In this document: positions 63,971 through 64,000 of the stretch, in pieces
Numbering within the stretch: position 1 is the first letter of the stretch
How the letters are laid out: every line of letters starts with the position of its first letter
Source: Octopus bimaculoides
Lineage: Eukaryota
Direction of reading: 5' to 3'
DNA: 64,000 bases
NCBI RefSeq assembly: GCF_001194135.2
Contig: NC_068986.1
Coordinates: forward strand, 109,664,874-109,728,873
Made by a program: the position numbers and the translations under genes
The notes under the pieces: generated by a model
Told to the model about the DNA's origin: nothing
What the model saw: the letters and a program-made list of their open reading frames with translations, nothing else
The model's database searches: none

Positions 63971-64000
63971 GTGTGTGTGTGTGTATAAATATGTCATAGA

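Overview
Eukaryotic, AT-rich, repeat-saturated DNA with 11 N-gaps that mostly abut microsatellites. The SINE families and microsatellite load point to an octopus genome, probably a short-read assembly such as Octopus bimaculoides (inference). I cannot support any intact protein-coding gene. Almost all listed ORFs are microsatellite translations, N-runs, SINE read-throughs or pieces of decayed transposases. Recognisable content: (i) dozens of tRNA-headed SINEs from about six families; (ii) fossil DNA transposons (hAT, pogo/Tigger) and several MITEs (piggyBac-like TTAA type, mariner-like TA type); (iii) 3' fragments of RTE-, CR1-like and R4/Dong-like LINEs; (iv) two SINE-poor islands that look regulatory and a few weak candidate exons. 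The strongest unexplained signal is a dispersed set of nine minimal type I hammerhead-ribozyme-like motifs or relics: CUGAnGA, an extra nucleotide, helix II, GAAA, a palindromic mini-helix III, then NUH. They lie in several different Penelope-like repeat families, and eight of nine are on the minus strand. In one family the hammerhead sits downstream of a tRNA-derived Pol III head, i.e. a ribozyme-bearing SINE, present here as a head-to-head pair. Repeat boundaries were read by eye and are approximate to about 10-20 nt unless a TSD or TIR fixes them.
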